The notes beneath the pieces were generated by a model. It was given only the letters and a program-made list of their open reading frames with translations. It was not told the DNA's origin and searched no databases. A program made the translations under genes and the position numbers. A stretch of DNA of 64,000 bases, taken from positions 8,263 to 72,262 of the forward strand of contig JAQTSY010000002.1 in NCBI GenBank assembly GCA_028711065.1, given 5' to 3'. Origin of the DNA: Minisyncoccota bacterium. GTDB taxonomy: Bacteria; Patescibacteriota; Minisyncoccia; Phycocordibacterales; JAQTLZ01. Shown here piece after piece: positions 9,261 through 20,731 of the stretch (within the stretch, counting starts at the first letter, position 1; each line of letters begins with the position of its first letter).

Positions 9261-9839
9261 ATGAAAAAAACTGAAATCAAAAAGAAATCATCCGTAAAGG
9301 TAAAAGCGAAAAATCCTTCGCAAGCTGTAAAGAAAAATGCAAAGATTCCTGCGAATCCTAAGGTGCAAAAATTTTCACCCGCGGTCACGCATGTTTGGTC
9401 AATCCTTTGCCGTTCTTCCAATATTGACCCGCAGACCAATAACATAAGCCTCTCGAATGTGATTGAGAGAGTTACTCTGAAAAGAGATCCAAAATTGGTC
9501 CAATATGATGGGGGACTTTCTTCGGAGATAAAACCGGATGTTGTGATTGGTATTCCACTTGAAATTGTTTCTCTTTGGAGAAGGGATGTTTCCGGAGTGG
9601 AACTTAAAGCAGATGTCGCGGTCGATTTGTACGGTCCGAGTGGCGAAGTGATAAATACTTTTCCCTATAATTTTGAGATGAAAAACGAACATCGTCGTAT
9701 CCGCACCCGATTGCTTTTCGGTGAGATTCACACGAAGGGCGGAGGCGATCATTTCCTTGTTGTAAAAGTAAAAGAAATGGGCGAGCAGGATTTTCGTCCA
9801 GTCGCCCACATTCCTCTTGAAGTAGTTGTTCAGCAGTAA
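9261..9839 (+). CDS. Hypothetical protein (DUF6941-like) with Lys-rich N-terminus
   Basis: WSILCRSSNIDPQTNNISLSNVIE resembles the DUF6941 N-terminal motif. Confidence 0.6.
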   Translation: MKKTEIKKKSSVKVKAKNPSQAVKKNAKIPANPKVQKFSPAVTHVWSILCRSSNIDPQTNNISLSNVIERVTLKRDPKLVQYDGGLSSEIKPDVVIGIPLEIVSLWRRDVSGVELKADVAVDLYGPSGEVINTFPYNFEMKNEHRRIRTRLLFGEIHTKGGGDHFLVVKVKEMGEQDFRPVAHIPLEVVVQQ

Positions 9840-9870
9840 CTTTAATTTAAATCCGGTATACTTTTAACAT

Positions 9871-10677
9871 ATGAAAAACTTACAAAAAGGTTTCGTAGTC
9901 CCACTTTTAATAGCATTTATCGCGTTGTTGGCGATTGGCGGAGGTATTTATCTTTATTCAAAAAATACTAAAAATACTAATTCTTTGACGGTGAATACTG
10001 CACCTGAAAATAGTCCGAGTGGGGTATCTTCAAATACTACACCCAGCTCACTTGTTTCAGGTAATGCGATAAGTGATTACATTTTCAGCAATACAAAGCC
10101 ACAAAATCTAGTTGAGGTAAGATTATCCCACCATTCCATAGATATTGAGTCACCCTGGGGTTTAGAGAAAAGCTATAGAGGAAGCAGGGATAGTCTTGGC
10201 CAGTATACTTTCGTAAATGGTATAAAGATGACTGTGACTTTAAACAAACTTAGTCCGCAAGATGAACTCAAACAATCAGATTTTTCTCCCACTGAACTGG
10301 CTCAATTCAATTCGCTCTTCCAGTTCATAGGTTCTAAAATTGAGCCAAATTTTTCCAGTTATGAATTTCAAAAATTTTTACACGGGACAAATCAGCAGGT
10401 AATTGATGAAGCCACAACACAAGAAGATAAAACTGGGTATTCAAAAGTTTTAGTTCTGAAAAACATCACAGCTTTTTTTGGTTCTAGTACTCCTGTGTAT
10501 CAATTTGCAAATAAAAATGGAAAGGGATTTGTGTATGTGAAGTCGGACACGACTGTCCCAAGCGGTGTAGATTTTTGGGGTCCAAATGGGTGGAGATATA
10601 CTTTTATGCTTCCAGCAAAACAAAATATATCAAAAGGAGATGTTGATGCTTTGATTCAATCGATCAAGAGTCTTTAA
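9871..10677 (+). CDS. Pilin-like exported protein (class III signal-like QKGF)
   Basis: MKNLQKG/FVVPLLIAFIALLAIGGG; no Glu at +5. Confidence 0.7.
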   Translation: MKNLQKGFVVPLLIAFIALLAIGGGIYLYSKNTKNTNSLTVNTAPENSPSGVSSNTTPSSLVSGNAISDYIFSNTKPQNLVEVRLSHHSIDIESPWGLEKSYRGSRDSLGQYTFVNGIKMTVTLNKLSPQDELKQSDFSPTELAQFNSLFQFIGSKIEPNFSSYEFQKFLHGTNQQVIDEATTQEDKTGYSKVLVLKNITAFFGSSTPVYQFANKNGKGFVYVKSDTTVPSGVDFWGPNGWRYTFMLPAKQNISKGDVDALIQSIKSL

Positions 10678-10691
10678 TATAAATATAGAAA

Positions 10692-11756
10692 CTATTTCTT
10701 CTCCTCGTCTTCGAGAAATGCGATGACTTTTTCGTTCATGAGGAGCATTGTCACATAGGCTCGGACTCGTTCCGGCTCGACATGCTGATAGTGTTCCATG
10801 AGAGCTTTTGATTCCTCATCAACCTCCTCTTTTGTTGGAATAATTTTTTCTTTGCGAGCAATTTCACTCAAGATGAGTTCTGTCTTCGCGTGATTTTCCG
10901 CACTCGGCCTCCATTCTTTTGCGATTCCCTCTTCTGTTTTCTTGATGTGTTTCAGATAATCGGGGAATGAAAGTCCTGCATGAGCGAGCTCGTCTTCAAA
11001 TCGCGCTTTCATCCGGTCGAGCTCACTTTTGACGAGAATTTCCGGCAAGTCAATTTTTGTGTTTTCAAGGAGAGCGTCGATGATCTGTGATCGGCGCTTG
11101 TCTTTTGCTTTCTGTTTTTTCTCCTCTTCGAGATTCTTTTTCGCTTTTGCTCTGAAGTCTGCAACATTTTCGAACTCGCCGAGTTTCTTTACAAATTCGT
11201 CATTGAATTCTGGCAAAGTGTGCTCGTGTTTTGAATGGTCTTCGGTTTCTCCTTCTTTGTGAGTGCCGTTCCCGTGTTTCATATGGAGTTTGCGGACCTC
11301 CTCGATGACGTCATCAATATCTTTTTCAGTAACTTCAATCTTATCCTCCTTCTTTTTCATCTCCTTGTCGGCAATCTTTTTGTAGTCGCCTATGACAATT
11401 TCTGGAATGACAGTTGCTTTGATCTTGAAACCAGCATCAGAGCCTGGAGCAATTTTGGTGAGGATAACTTCTGGTTTGCCAATGACTTCAAGTTTGTGTT
11501 CATCAACGATACTGACATATTCATGCTGGAGAGCGATTTCCGCCGCTTCTTCAAGAATGGAAACTTCACCAAGCTTTGAAACGAGGACGGTTTCTGGTAC
11601 ATGTCCTTGTCTGAAGCCGTCGAGTTTTATGTTTTTACTCAAATCTGCGAGCGCCTCCTTTCTGTGGATTAGGAGTACTTCAGCAGGGATTTCTCCCTCA
11701 ATCTCCACTATCGAGTGGGGAAGTTTGGTGATTTTTATATTTTTCGTATGTGTCAT
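10692..11756 (-). CDS. tig: Trigger factor (PPIase domain reduced)
   Basis: LDGFRQGHVP ribosome-binding motif and LPEFNDEFVK; only 354 aa. Confidence 0.93.
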   Translation of the reverse strand: MTHTKNIKITKLPHSIVEIEGEIPAEVLLIHRKEALADLSKNIKLDGFRQGHVPETVLVSKLGEVSILEEAAEIALQHEYVSIVDEHKLEVIGKPEVILTKIAPGSDAGFKIKATVIPEIVIGDYKKIADKEMKKKEDKIEVTEKDIDDVIEEVRKLHMKHGNGTHKEGETEDHSKHEHTLPEFNDEFVKKLGEFENVADFRAKAKKNLEEEKKQKAKDKRRSQIIDALLENTKIDLPEILVKSELDRMKARFEDELAHAGLSFPDYLKHIKKTEEGIAKEWRPSAENHAKTELILSEIARKEKIIPTKEEVDEESKALMEHYQHVEPERVRAYVTMLLMNEKVIAFLEDEEKK

Positions 11757-11818
11757 AGTTCGCTAGTGTAGCCGTTAATTTGGATTTTGTCGAATCCCGT
11801 AGTAAGATTCTTGTCTAT

Positions 11819-13189
11819 ATGGAAAGGATTGAGAATTTTCTCTCTCGGCACGGATGGATCACGCTTCTCGTGCTTAGTCTCGTGAGCCACTTCACGCTTT
11901 TCGGCTATCCGAAAGAAGTTGTGTTCGACGAGGTGCATTTTGGAAAGTTCGCGACGGATTATTTCACCGGAAATTTCTTTTTTGATCTTCATCCTCCTTT
12001 GGCGAAGCTCCTCATCACTTTTTTTGGCTGGATCGGGGGTTATCAGCCGGGTTTTAGTTTCGCATCGATCGGCCAGAATTTTCCCGATTCAAGTTATCTG
12101 TGGCTCCGACTCTTGCCTGTCATTGCTGGAGTGCTTTTGCCGATCATCATTTATTTTCTCTGTCTCAAACTACACTTTTCTAAAACAGCCTCATTCGTCG
12201 CGGGACTTCTCATTATCCTAGAAAATTCGCTCTTGGTTCAGTCTCGATTTATTCTTCTCGACAGCTTACTCTTGCTTTTTGGGTTCGGCGGGATTTTGCT
12301 ATCGATCATTGCTCGGGAGAGAAAACTTATGTGGCTTTCCTTTCTTTCCGGAGCCAGCCTTGCCTGCGCCTTTTCCATAAAATGGACTGGACTTTCTTTT
12401 CTCGGCTTGGTAATTCTTTGGGAGCTCTGGAACGGAATTCGAAATAAAGTTTCACTTAAGGGGTTGATAATCAAGGTGGTTTCTTTTTGCATCATTCCGG
12501 TACTTCTCTATATGGCTATTTTTGAAGTTCATTTTCTTCTTCTGCCGAAATCCGGCACGGGAGATGCTTTCTTGACTACGGCTTTTCAGGGGACACTTGC
12601 CGGAAGTCAATATGCAGGAAAAGAACCTGCGCCCAGTTTTATTTCAAAGTTTCTTGAGCTCAACAAGGTGATGTATACAGCCAATTCTCCGTCTCTCACG
12701 CACCCTTACGGAAGCAAGTGGTGGACGTGGCCCCTCATGCTTCGCCCTATCTATTATTGGAACCACGCGGGAGATGTTCCCGGCACTGAAGCAAAAATTT
12801 ATCTCATCGGGAATCCAGTTTTGTATTGGGGAGGGCTTTTATCTGTATGGCTTTTGTTTTGTTCCGTCCTGCTTCATTTTAGGAAATACAAGCCGAAGCT
12901 TGAAATTATGGCTTTTCTTTCTGTTGGATACCTTGTAAATCTTTTGCCGTTTATGTTTATCGCCAGAGTGATGTTTTTATATCACTATTTTACAGCGCTT
13001 ATCTTCTCAATTCTCATTATGGTATTTCTCATTGATTCGATCGAAAATCGCAAGACAAGATATACCCTTTTCATTCTTCTCGTCGCACTGTCACTTGTCC
13101 TTTTTCTCTTTTTTGTACCACTCACTTATGGCATTCCACTTTCGGAACATGGGCAAGCGCTTCGCTTCTGGTTTAATTCATGGAGATGA
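11819..13189 (+). CDS. Protein O-mannosyltransferase (GT39/PMT family)
   Basis: VVFDEVHF, FFDLHPPLAK, SRFILLD, KWTG, HPYGSKWWTWP, GNP, RVMFLYHY; multiple TM segments. Confidence 0.9.
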   Translation: MERIENFLSRHGWITLLVLSLVSHFTLFGYPKEVVFDEVHFGKFATDYFTGNFFFDLHPPLAKLLITFFGWIGGYQPGFSFASIGQNFPDSSYLWLRLLPVIAGVLLPIIIYFLCLKLHFSKTASFVAGLLIILENSLLVQSRFILLDSLLLLFGFGGILLSIIARERKLMWLSFLSGASLACAFSIKWTGLSFLGLVILWELWNGIRNKVSLKGLIIKVVSFCIIPVLLYMAIFEVHFLLLPKSGTGDAFLTTAFQGTLAGSQYAGKEPAPSFISKFLELNKVMYTANSPSLTHPYGSKWWTWPLMLRPIYYWNHAGDVPGTEAKIYLIGNPVLYWGGLLSVWLLFCSVLLHFRKYKPKLEIMAFLSVGYLVNLLPFMFIARVMFLYHYFTALIFSILIMVFLIDSIENRKTRYTLFILLVALSLVLFLFFVPLTYGIPLSEHGQALRFWFNSWR

Positions 13190-13223
13190 AAAAATCCCGC
13201 GGAAGCGGAATTTTTTCATCTCC
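13182..13223. terminator. Bidirectional terminator
   Basis: GGAGATGAAAAAATCCCGC-GGAA-GCGGAATTTTTTCATCTCC between convergent genes. Confidence 0.7.
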
Positions 13224-13229
13224 AATTTC

Positions 13230-13409
13230 TTAATTGATTCCCAAGCTCCCGTTTTGGATATAGTTTTGTCGCTCTTTAATTTTTGCTCGAAGGTATAAGA
13301 TTCCCCCGACAAGAATAATGATGAGAATGATAATAATCCCGATCATTCCGCCGATGGCTTTCTTTTTTGGTTTCGGGGTGTCCGTTTGTGGGTTTTGCGT
13401 TTCTTCCAT
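13230..13409 (-). CDS. Small single-TM protein
   Basis: MEETQNP...IGGMIGIIIILIIILVGGILY. Confidence 0.7.
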   Translation of the reverse strand: MEETQNPQTDTPKPKKKAIGGMIGIIIILIIILVGGILYLRAKIKERQNYIQNGSLGIN

Positions 13410-13486
13410 AATTTTATTCGTCTTCATTCTACACAAAACCGCGACTGGTGAACAGTCGCGGTTTTGTACCAAATCTTTTAATAAGA

Positions 13487-15493
13487 TTATTTCAAAAACA
13501 TTTTTACGAGAATCGGAACGATAATGAGAGCGACGATGTTTAGGATCTTGATCATCGGGTTGATTGCTGGACCAGCAGTATCTTTATATGGATCTCCCAC
13601 GGTATCACCAGTGACAGCGGCCTTGTGAGCGTCTCCTCCTTTGCCTCCGTAATTTCCTTTTTCAATGTATTTCTTCGCATTGTCCCATGCTCCACCGCCG
13701 GAAGTCATTGAGATTGCCACGAAAAGTCCAGTGATGATTGAGCCGACGAGAAGTCCTCCGAGAGCGATAGGGCCGAAGATAAATCCGACAAGAATTGGGA
13801 CGATAACTGGGATAAGAGCCGGAATAATCATCTGCTTGATTGCCGCTTTGGTTACGATATCAACACATCGTGCGTAATCCGGTTTCGCTTTTCCTTCCAT
13901 AATTCCTTTTATTTCTCTGAATTGTCTTCGTACCTCTGTGACAACTTCTCCCGCAGTTTTACCGACCGCTTCCATAGAAAGCGCAGCAAAATAATAAGGA
14001 AGCAGTCCTCCGATAAAGAGACCGATGATGACCTGCGGATTTCCAAGATCAAAGAAAAGTCTGTGTCCGAGATTTATGAATTCTTGCGTATATGATGCAA
14101 ACAAAACGAGAGCCGCAAGTCCCGCAGAACCGATGGCGTAGCCTTTTGTCACTGCTTTTGTAGTGTTTCCAACTGCGTCGAGTGCATCGGTGATCTCGCG
14201 AACATTTTCTGGAAGCTCTGCCATTTCTGCAATTCCGCCGGCGTTATCAGTAATCGGTCCGTATGAATCGATTGCGACAATAATTCCTGCCATTGAAAGC
14301 ATGCTCATTGTTGCAATAGCAATTCCATAAAGTTCTGCGAAATGATACGCAAGCAAAATTCCTCCGACAATTGTGAGAAGCGGGAACAGAGTTGATTTCA
14401 TCGAAACAGCAAGGCCTTGGATCACATTCGTACCATGCCCCGAAACACTTGCCTTCGCGATCGATTGCACAGGAGCGTATTTTGTCGAAGTGTAATATTC
14501 GGTAATCACGACAAGCAGCGCTGTAACAACAAGTCCGACGAGAGATGCAAGATAGAGATTGGTTGTACCATAGCTAGTTCCTGCCATGAGCATTTTTGTC
14601 GCAGGATAAAATGCAATTGCGGAGATTACTCCGGAAGCAATGAGTCCTTTGTAGAGAGCTCCCATAATGTTTCCTGATTTTCCGAGGCGTACGAAAAAGG
14701 TTCCGATGATGGAAGCGATGATCGCAATTCCGCCAAGAACAAGCGGATAGATGATTGCGTTTTGAAAATTATCGAAAATAAGAGAGCCAAGAAGAATCGT
14801 CGCGACTGAAGTGACAGCGTATGTTTCGAAAAGGTCAGCTGCCATTCCCGCACAATCTCCGACATTGTCTCCAACATTGTCCGCGATCACTCCGGGATTT
14901 CGAGGGTCATCTTCTGGAATCCCTGCTTCAATTTTTCCAACAAGATCAGCTCCGACATCTGCTGCTTTGGTAAAGATTCCTCCTCCAAGTCGAGCGAAAA
15001 CAGAAATAAGAGATGCTCCGAATCCAAATCCGATAAGCGCTTTTACGTCATGAGTGAGCGCATAAAATCCAGCGACTCCAAGAAGTGCGAGTCCGACAAC
15101 AAGAAGTCCTGTGACAGAACCTCCCTGAAAAGCGAGCTTAAGCGCCTCTTTCAGTCCTTTCTTTGCAGCTTCTGCGGTTCGTACATTCGCTCGGACAGAA
15201 ACATTCATTCCGACATACCCCGCTGCTCCAGAAAGAATCGCTCCGACAAGAAAAGCCAGAGCTGTATTTACACCAGTAACAAAAAGAAGGACGATAAAAA
15301 GAATGATCGCGATAATGCCGATAGTTCGGTACTGTCTATTAAGGTACGCTTTCGCGCCATCCTGGATCGCCTTTGCAATTTCCTGCATTCGAGCGTCTCC
15401 AGCATCCTTTTTAAGAATGGAGCGGATAAGAATAAATCCGTAAAGAAGGGCAAGCACTGCACTACCGAGAGCAAACCATAGATATGAACTCAT
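13487..15493 (-). CDS. hppA: Membrane-bound ion-pumping pyrophosphatase (K+-independent H+-PPase signature)
   Basis: [47 protein letters not shown]. Confidence 0.96.
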   Translation of the reverse strand: MSSYLWFALGSAVLALLYGFILIRSILKKDAGDARMQEIAKAIQDGAKAYLNRQYRTIGIIAIILFIVLLFVTGVNTALAFLVGAILSGAAGYVGMNVSVRANVRTAEAAKKGLKEALKLAFQGGSVTGLLVVGLALLGVAGFYALTHDVKALIGFGFGASLISVFARLGGGIFTKAADVGADLVGKIEAGIPEDDPRNPGVIADNVGDNVGDCAGMAADLFETYAVTSVATILLGSLIFDNFQNAIIYPLVLGGIAIIASIIGTFFVRLGKSGNIMGALYKGLIASGVISAIAFYPATKMLMAGTSYGTTNLYLASLVGLVVTALLVVITEYYTSTKYAPVQSIAKASVSGHGTNVIQGLAVSMKSTLFPLLTIVGGILLAYHFAELYGIAIATMSMLSMAGIIVAIDSYGPITDNAGGIAEMAELPENVREITDALDAVGNTTKAVTKGYAIGSAGLAALVLFASYTQEFINLGHRLFFDLGNPQVIIGLFIGGLLPYYFAALSMEAVGKTAGEVVTEVRRQFREIKGIMEGKAKPDYARCVDIVTKAAIKQMIIPALIPVIVPILVGFIFGPIALGGLLVGSIITGLFVAISMTSGGGAWDNAKKYIEKGNYGGKGGDAHKAAVTGDTVGDPYKDTAGPAINPMIKILNIVALIIVPILVKMFLK

Positions 15494-15533
15494 AGAATTA
15501 AATTGCTAATTATTAATTTCTAAAAAATAATGC

Positions 15534-16685
15534 TTATGATTTTACTACTTCCGGCTCCGCTTCCGCAATAGATTCGCCTTTTGCTGATTGGATATCAATT
15601 TTCCATCCAGTAAGTTTTGCGGCGAGGCGGACATTTTGTCCTCCCTTTCCGATAGCGAGCGATTGCTGGTCGGACGCAACTTCGACTATCGCTTTTCTTT
15701 CTTTCTCATCAATTTGCACTTTCAAAATTTTTGCAGGAGAAAGCGCGTCTTCGATAAATCTCTTTGGATCAGCTGACCATTCAATGATGTCTATTTTTTC
15801 TCCGCCGAGTTCACTCATGACAGTAGAGACCCGCACTCCTCGTTGTCCCACAAGTGATCCAACAGGATCAACATGTTCGTCTTTTGAAGAGACGGCAATT
15901 TTGGTTCGTGAGCCTGCTTCTCGGGCAACCGCTTTTACTTCCACCGTTCCATTTGCGATCTCCGGCGCTTCGACAGCAAAAAGCTTTTCCAAGAATTTCG
16001 GATGCGCGCGAGAAATGCGAAGGAATACTCCTTTAGTATTGTCTTCTACTTTATAAAGATAACCTCGCACTCGCTCGCCTTGCTGGTAGCGTTCTCCGGG
16101 AATTTGCTCTTCGTATGGCAAAACTGCAGTCGTTCGTCCCATATCAATAAAGATATTTCCTCGCTCCACTCTCTGCACTGTTCCAGAGACGATTTCTCCT
16201 TCGCGCTTTCCGTATTCAGCCAACACTCCAGTTTTTTCTGCTTCGCGGATTTTCTGAATGATAACTTGTTTCGCAGTCTGCGCAGAAATTCGTCCGTAAT
16301 CATCTTTTGATTCAAGCGGGAAGACAATTTCTTCTTCGACTTGCGCGTCTTTTTTTATTTTCTTCGCGTCAGCAAGAAGGATGTGATGTTCAGGATTGAA
16401 TCGGATTCGGTCATCTTCGACTCCTTCTTCCACTTTTGATTCCCCCTCCTCTTCTTCAGGGAAAATAACTTTTTCCGGATCGACAACAATTTTTACTTGC
16501 AAAAATTCTACTTTTCCGCTGTTCAAATCAAATTTTGCGCGGACAATCTGTCCTTTTTTTCCGTACTCTTTTTTGTACGCGGTTGCCAAAGCGACCTCGA
16601 TCGCTTCGATGAGTTTATCTTTCGGAATACCGCGCTCTTCACCGAGCTGGTCAATGACTGAATTTATAATCTTTAAATCAAACAT
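15534..16685 (-). CDS. nusA: Transcription factor NusA
   Basis: GRISAQTAKQVIIQKIREAE, AREAGSRTKIAV, SLAIGKGGQNVRLA. Confidence 0.98.
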   Translation of the reverse strand: MFDLKIINSVIDQLGEERGIPKDKLIEAIEVALATAYKKEYGKKGQIVRAKFDLNSGKVEFLQVKIVVDPEKVIFPEEEEGESKVEEGVEDDRIRFNPEHHILLADAKKIKKDAQVEEEIVFPLESKDDYGRISAQTAKQVIIQKIREAEKTGVLAEYGKREGEIVSGTVQRVERGNIFIDMGRTTAVLPYEEQIPGERYQQGERVRGYLYKVEDNTKGVFLRISRAHPKFLEKLFAVEAPEIANGTVEVKAVAREAGSRTKIAVSSKDEHVDPVGSLVGQRGVRVSTVMSELGGEKIDIIEWSADPKRFIEDALSPAKILKVQIDEKERKAIVEVASDQQSLAIGKGGQNVRLAAKLTGWKIDIQSAKGESIAEAEPEVVKS

Positions 16686-16763
16686 AGTTTTTCCTTCTAA
16701 ATTGATAATTTCTTTCTTTTTTACCCTTTTGGGTAAAAAAGAAGCCCGCCGGAAGGCGAACTG

Positions 16764-16772
16764 TTATCCACA
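16764..16772 (+). promoter_or_regulatory. Perfect DnaA box TTATCCACA in the divergent nusA / adhesin promoter region
   Basis: Exact 9-mer abutting the minus-strand -10 TATACT (16772-16777) of a TTGACA-18-TATACT promoter. Confidence 0.7.
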
Positions 16773-16826
16773 GTATACATCCTGTATCTGCCATCTGTCA
16801 AATGCCCTATGGTATAATTGAGGGAA

Positions 16827-19800
16827 ATGATTTTTTCTAAGAAGTCTCTTTTGGTGAAATCGTCTCTTTTCGTTTTTTTCCTTGCAGGGCTTTTTTTCGT
16901 CTCGCCGAATGTGAGTCATGCCACTTGTAATCCAGCTCTTTGGCCAAATTATACTAGGACTTGGATAGGTCCAGCCACTGGTGTGTGGTCTGATGGTAAT
17001 AATTGGAGCGCTATTACCCCGAGATCTGGCTGTCGAGCACTTTTGAATGGCGATAGTGTTATCATTCCGAGCGGAGGAGGTGTAGTTGATGATTTGATCG
17101 CGGGTGTAGCGCTTAGGGATGTGACGATAAGTGGAGGTTCCGTGAGAGATGACTATGGATTTGGAGTTACCGGTACCCTCACCATGAATGCTGGTACTGG
17201 TATTACCTTCATTTATTCGGATTATGGTGGTCTCAATATTTCTGGAAATGCTGTCATTAACGGAAGCTTTAGCAACTGCGCCTCTATAGCTTGTATTAGT
17301 GCCGCAAGAGTTTCTTTTACCGGTAGTGGCAAAACTCTAAGCGGAACATCGATATTGCCGGGGACTTGGCTGTCAGGCAGTTACACTATTTCTTCTGGTT
17401 CTAATTTTACTTTTGGTGGCGCGGCGTATGCAACTCGATTAGACTCGCTTAATCCCGATTCTCTTGGGGGAACCTGGATAAATAACGGAACCGTCACGGC
17501 TTCTTTCCCTTCTGGAGGTGGAACTTGGACTCAAGGAGCATCTGGCATCCTCAATACCTGTGGTATTCCTACCGCCACTCTAAATGCTGTCGCGCAAGGA
17601 AATATCGTCAATTATATCGGTTCGTGCACAGTAAAACCGACAAGTTATAGCATCTTGAAAATAAATGGTGTTGGCTCGTTAAGCGGAGCAACCTCTCTCC
17701 AAAAACTCTTTATTGGAGACCAAACTGCAAACTCTTCATTTCTTGATAACGGTTGGCCTATCACTCTTCTTTCAACCACCCTTTCCGCTCCCCGTCTCAC
17801 GATGAACCAAGCAAGTACGTATGGAGTCGATGCTCCTGCGATGGCATCATATGGAACGTATACGTTAGATCTCGGCACAACAGTAGCGTATAGATCGAAT
17901 AGCGCGCAAACAATTGCGACTATTCCTTCTCCTGGATTCGCTAATCTTTCTCTCTTTGGTGGGGGAGTGAAAACCGCGCCAGGGAATCTTACGGTCAGAG
18001 GAAATTTTCTCAACAGCGCGGGGGTTACCTATGATCCAACTGCTTCGAACTATAACTTAACTGTTGGTGGCAACTTTACCAATGCCGGCACGTTCATCAC
18101 TCGTTCTCCCTGGCTTCTTACGCTTAATCCTATCAACGTAGCCGTTTCAGTTCTTTTGAATGCCCCGACAGCTTTGAGCAGTCTCATGCTTTCTCCGACT
18201 GGCACTACGACAAGGCAGTTTAATTTCACGAGCTCGAATCCGAACGCTCTTACTGTCCCGGGTACCTTTACCGCAAATGGAGCTTCCGGTGCTCTTATAT
18301 CTTTGCGCTCGGTCACTAACGGCACGCAATGGTTTATTAATCCTAACTTTGCCACAACGAGCGTGAGTTATCTGGATGTAAAAGATGGGGGATGTACGAG
18401 TAATTCGCCGCTTATTAATCCTGCGAATTCCAATGACACAGCTAATAACGGCCTTTGTTGGTTCCCTGCAACTATAACTGTCTCGCCCCCGTCACTTATT
18501 ACTACAGAAGGCGCAGCGAATCAGACTTTCACAATAACACTTTCCAAAACTTCTACAACGACTGTCACTATTCCTATTTCAATTATCGCCACTCCGCCAG
18601 CCACGACTCCTCCATCACCGGCTCGAATAACATTACCAGTCATTAATGTCGTCATTCCCGCTGGCTCCCTCACAGCAACCACCACCGTGACGACGGTAGA
18701 CGATGCAATAAATAACGATACCGAGTATTCCACAATCAAGCTAAGTCCTGCATCGGTCGGAAGCGGAATTTTTACTGGTATTGATCCATCTGATATTCCA
18801 GTAACAAGCATCGATAATGATATCGGTTCTACCACAAATGGCACAGCAGGAAATGTGACCGGCTGGGCATGGGGAGGGGATGGGCCGAATGCCGCCGATT
18901 ACACCACTGCCGGAGGAGCCGGTCGCATCAGTATGAATTGTAGGACCGGCGGAACGGATGGTAGTACAAATCCTGTAGATAACATAGTGAATAGTGTTTG
19001 TGGAGCTCATGACTATGGGGTGAATGTGGCTCCATCGGGCAAAGCTGGCCAATATGTCTTTTCAGGTTATGCTTGGAGTGATAATTTTGGATGGTTGAGT
19101 TTCAATGCGGCTGATGTTGCCGGATGCCCTGTTCCTCTCGCATCACCCCTTCCTCCTTGCCAAGGGAATCTGGACAATCTACAAAGTTCACCGACAAGGA
19201 ATAAAGTGACCGGCTGGGCGAGATTTTTATCCAGGGATAATGGCTGGGACGGTTGGGTTGAGCTCTCGGGGACTAATCACGCCTCGCCCGATACCACAGG
19301 CAATAACGGAGTTACGTATACGCTTACAAAGTTCGTCGGGTATGGATGGGGAGGAGACCCTACAGGAGGAGGAATAGGTTGGATTCAATTTTATGATGTG
19401 CATTTACCACCAGCTCCTGGATTCTCTTGTCAAAGCGTTCAACAAGGAACGACTCTCAAGGCTGACTTTACTTGTTCTGTGTCAGGAGGCAGTGGCTACG
19501 ATAGCTGTACTTGGAATTTTGGAGATAGCTCTACTGGAACCAGTTCAGCAACTTCAACAATCACTCACACTTACGCTTCTACAGGTACCTATTCATCCAG
19601 TGTTTCTATCAATGACTCAGGTTCGGGTATAACTGGTACTGCAAATTGCCCAGTAACAATTTCTCCCCCACTTCCAATTGGTCTCGACAGTTGTGCTCCA
19701 GATGATACGACACCTCTCTTAAATAGTGTCGTGACTTGGACAGCCTATGGCGCCCATGGTGGGGATGGCACGTATTCCTACTCATGGGGAGGTGATGATG

Positions 19801-20309
19801 GGTTTTCTGCTCCTTCTAGTCCTATTGCATCTACTACATGGAAATACACGTCACTTGGTCCTAAGAATGCTCATGTGATAGTTTCAAGTGGTGGCGCAAC
19901 TCCTTTCACGAGGAATTGTACTCCTGCTACTGTAGTGCAGGCTTTTGACCCTGCTACCAGCAAATGTTCACTTCTTAGAGCGGGCAATCTTTTTAGTGTG
20001 CCAAAAATTAACGATTCTTTTAATTGGAAGGTGACTGCTACTCCGGACTCTACTGTCGCGGGAGCAAAATGCGATTACGTCTGGTCTTCCAGTAACTCTG
20101 ATATGACGGGAACTTTGGGAAGCGGAAGCAGTCCGACATGTGCCGCTCTTTCTCCTGTCATAAGCGGTGCCGTCTCCTATTCCGCTTCGGGCACAAAGAG
20201 TGTCAATTTGCAGATTACCGCGGGAGCCGGGACGCCGACTTCGACGGTAAGTAATATTCCTTGTTCTTGGATTGTCATTGATCCAAACTTTCATCCAAAG
20301 GACAAGTAA
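16827..20309 (+). CDS. Large secreted adhesin-like protein (beta-helix-like N-region, Calx-beta-like, Gly/Trp repeats, PKD domains)
   Basis: Signal peptide; TWIG..W...NW; TVDDAINNDTE; four G(W/Y)xW...GW(I/L/V)-type repeats; WNFGD...THTY PKD motif. Confidence 0.8.
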   Translation: MIFSKKSLLVKSSLFVFFLAGLFFVSPNVSHATCNPALWPNYTRTWIGPATGVWSDGNNWSAITPRSGCRALLNGDSVIIPSGGGVVDDLIAGVALRDVTISGGSVRDDYGFGVTGTLTMNAGTGITFIYSDYGGLNISGNAVINGSFSNCASIACISAARVSFTGSGKTLSGTSILPGTWLSGSYTISSGSNFTFGGAAYATRLDSLNPDSLGGTWINNGTVTASFPSGGGTWTQGASGILNTCGIPTATLNAVAQGNIVNYIGSCTVKPTSYSILKINGVGSLSGATSLQKLFIGDQTANSSFLDNGWPITLLSTTLSAPRLTMNQASTYGVDAPAMASYGTYTLDLGTTVAYRSNSAQTIATIPSPGFANLSLFGGGVKTAPGNLTVRGNFLNSAGVTYDPTASNYNLTVGGNFTNAGTFITRSPWLLTLNPINVAVSVLLNAPTALSSLMLSPTGTTTRQFNFTSSNPNALTVPGTFTANGASGALISLRSVTNGTQWFINPNFATTSVSYLDVKDGGCTSNSPLINPANSNDTANNGLCWFPATITVSPPSLITTEGAANQTFTITLSKTSTTTVTIPISIIATPPATTPPSPARITLPVINVVIPAGSLTATTTVTTVDDAINNDTEYSTIKLSPASVGSGIFTGIDPSDIPVTSIDNDIGSTTNGTAGNVTGWAWGGDGPNAADYTTAGGAGRISMNCRTGGTDGSTNPVDNIVNSVCGAHDYGVNVAPSGKAGQYVFSGYAWSDNFGWLSFNAADVAGCPVPLASPLPPCQGNLDNLQSSPTRNKVTGWARFLSRDNGWDGWVELSGTNHASPDTTGNNGVTYTLTKFVGYGWGGDPTGGGIGWIQFYDVHLPPAPGFSCQSVQQGTTLKADFTCSVSGGSGYDSCTWNFGDSSTGTSSATSTITHTYASTGTYSSSVSINDSGSGITGTANCPVTISPPLPIGLDSCAPDDTTPLLNSVVTWTAYGAHGGDGTYSYSWGGDDGFSAPSSPIASTTWKYTSLGPKNAHVIVSSGGATPFTRNCTPATVVQAFDPATSKCSLLRAGNLFSVPKINDSFNWKVTATPDSTVAGAKCDYVWSSSNSDMTGTLGSGSSPTCAALSPVISGAVSYSASGTKSVNLQITAGAGTPTSTVSNIPCSWIVIDPNFHPKDK

Positions 20310-20329
20310 AAAGTGTATAATAATTTAGT

Positions 20330-20650
20330 ATGAATCCAACCACATCATCGCGCTTCTCTCCACTCGCAAAAACAGTTCTTGCGATTATTTGCATTGCTCT
20401 CGTCATCGCACTTGCCCTGTTTTTGCAAAATTATATTAAGAGACGCAGTTCGGGGGAGGTAATACAAATGCCTATACTGACGAAAGAACAACAGGCGCTT
20501 CTCAACGCAAGATTGAAAACTGTTCCTCCTCCTGTCTTAACCGCGAAACAGCAAGCGGAAATGACGCAAAAGATTAAGCAAGCCGAGATTCCTGCACTGA
20601 CTGAAGAGGAGAAAGCAGCCCTTGAAGAGAGGCTCCAGGCTGGGCAGTAG
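20330..20650 (+). CDS. Single-TM protein with LT(K/A/E)xQQ-like helical repeats
   Basis: TM segment, then ILTKEQQALL, VLTAKQQAEM and ALTEEEKAAL. Confidence 0.7.
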   Translation: MNPTTSSRFSPLAKTVLAIICIALVIALALFLQNYIKRRSSGEVIQMPILTKEQQALLNARLKTVPPPVLTAKQQAEMTQKIKQAEIPALTEEEKAALEERLQAGQ

Positions 20651-20731
20651 TTATTGCGTCAATGTCCGTGGTATTATAGATAAAATATTTCGATACAAGT
20701 TTCTTTTTTTATTAGATAAAAATTAAGACGT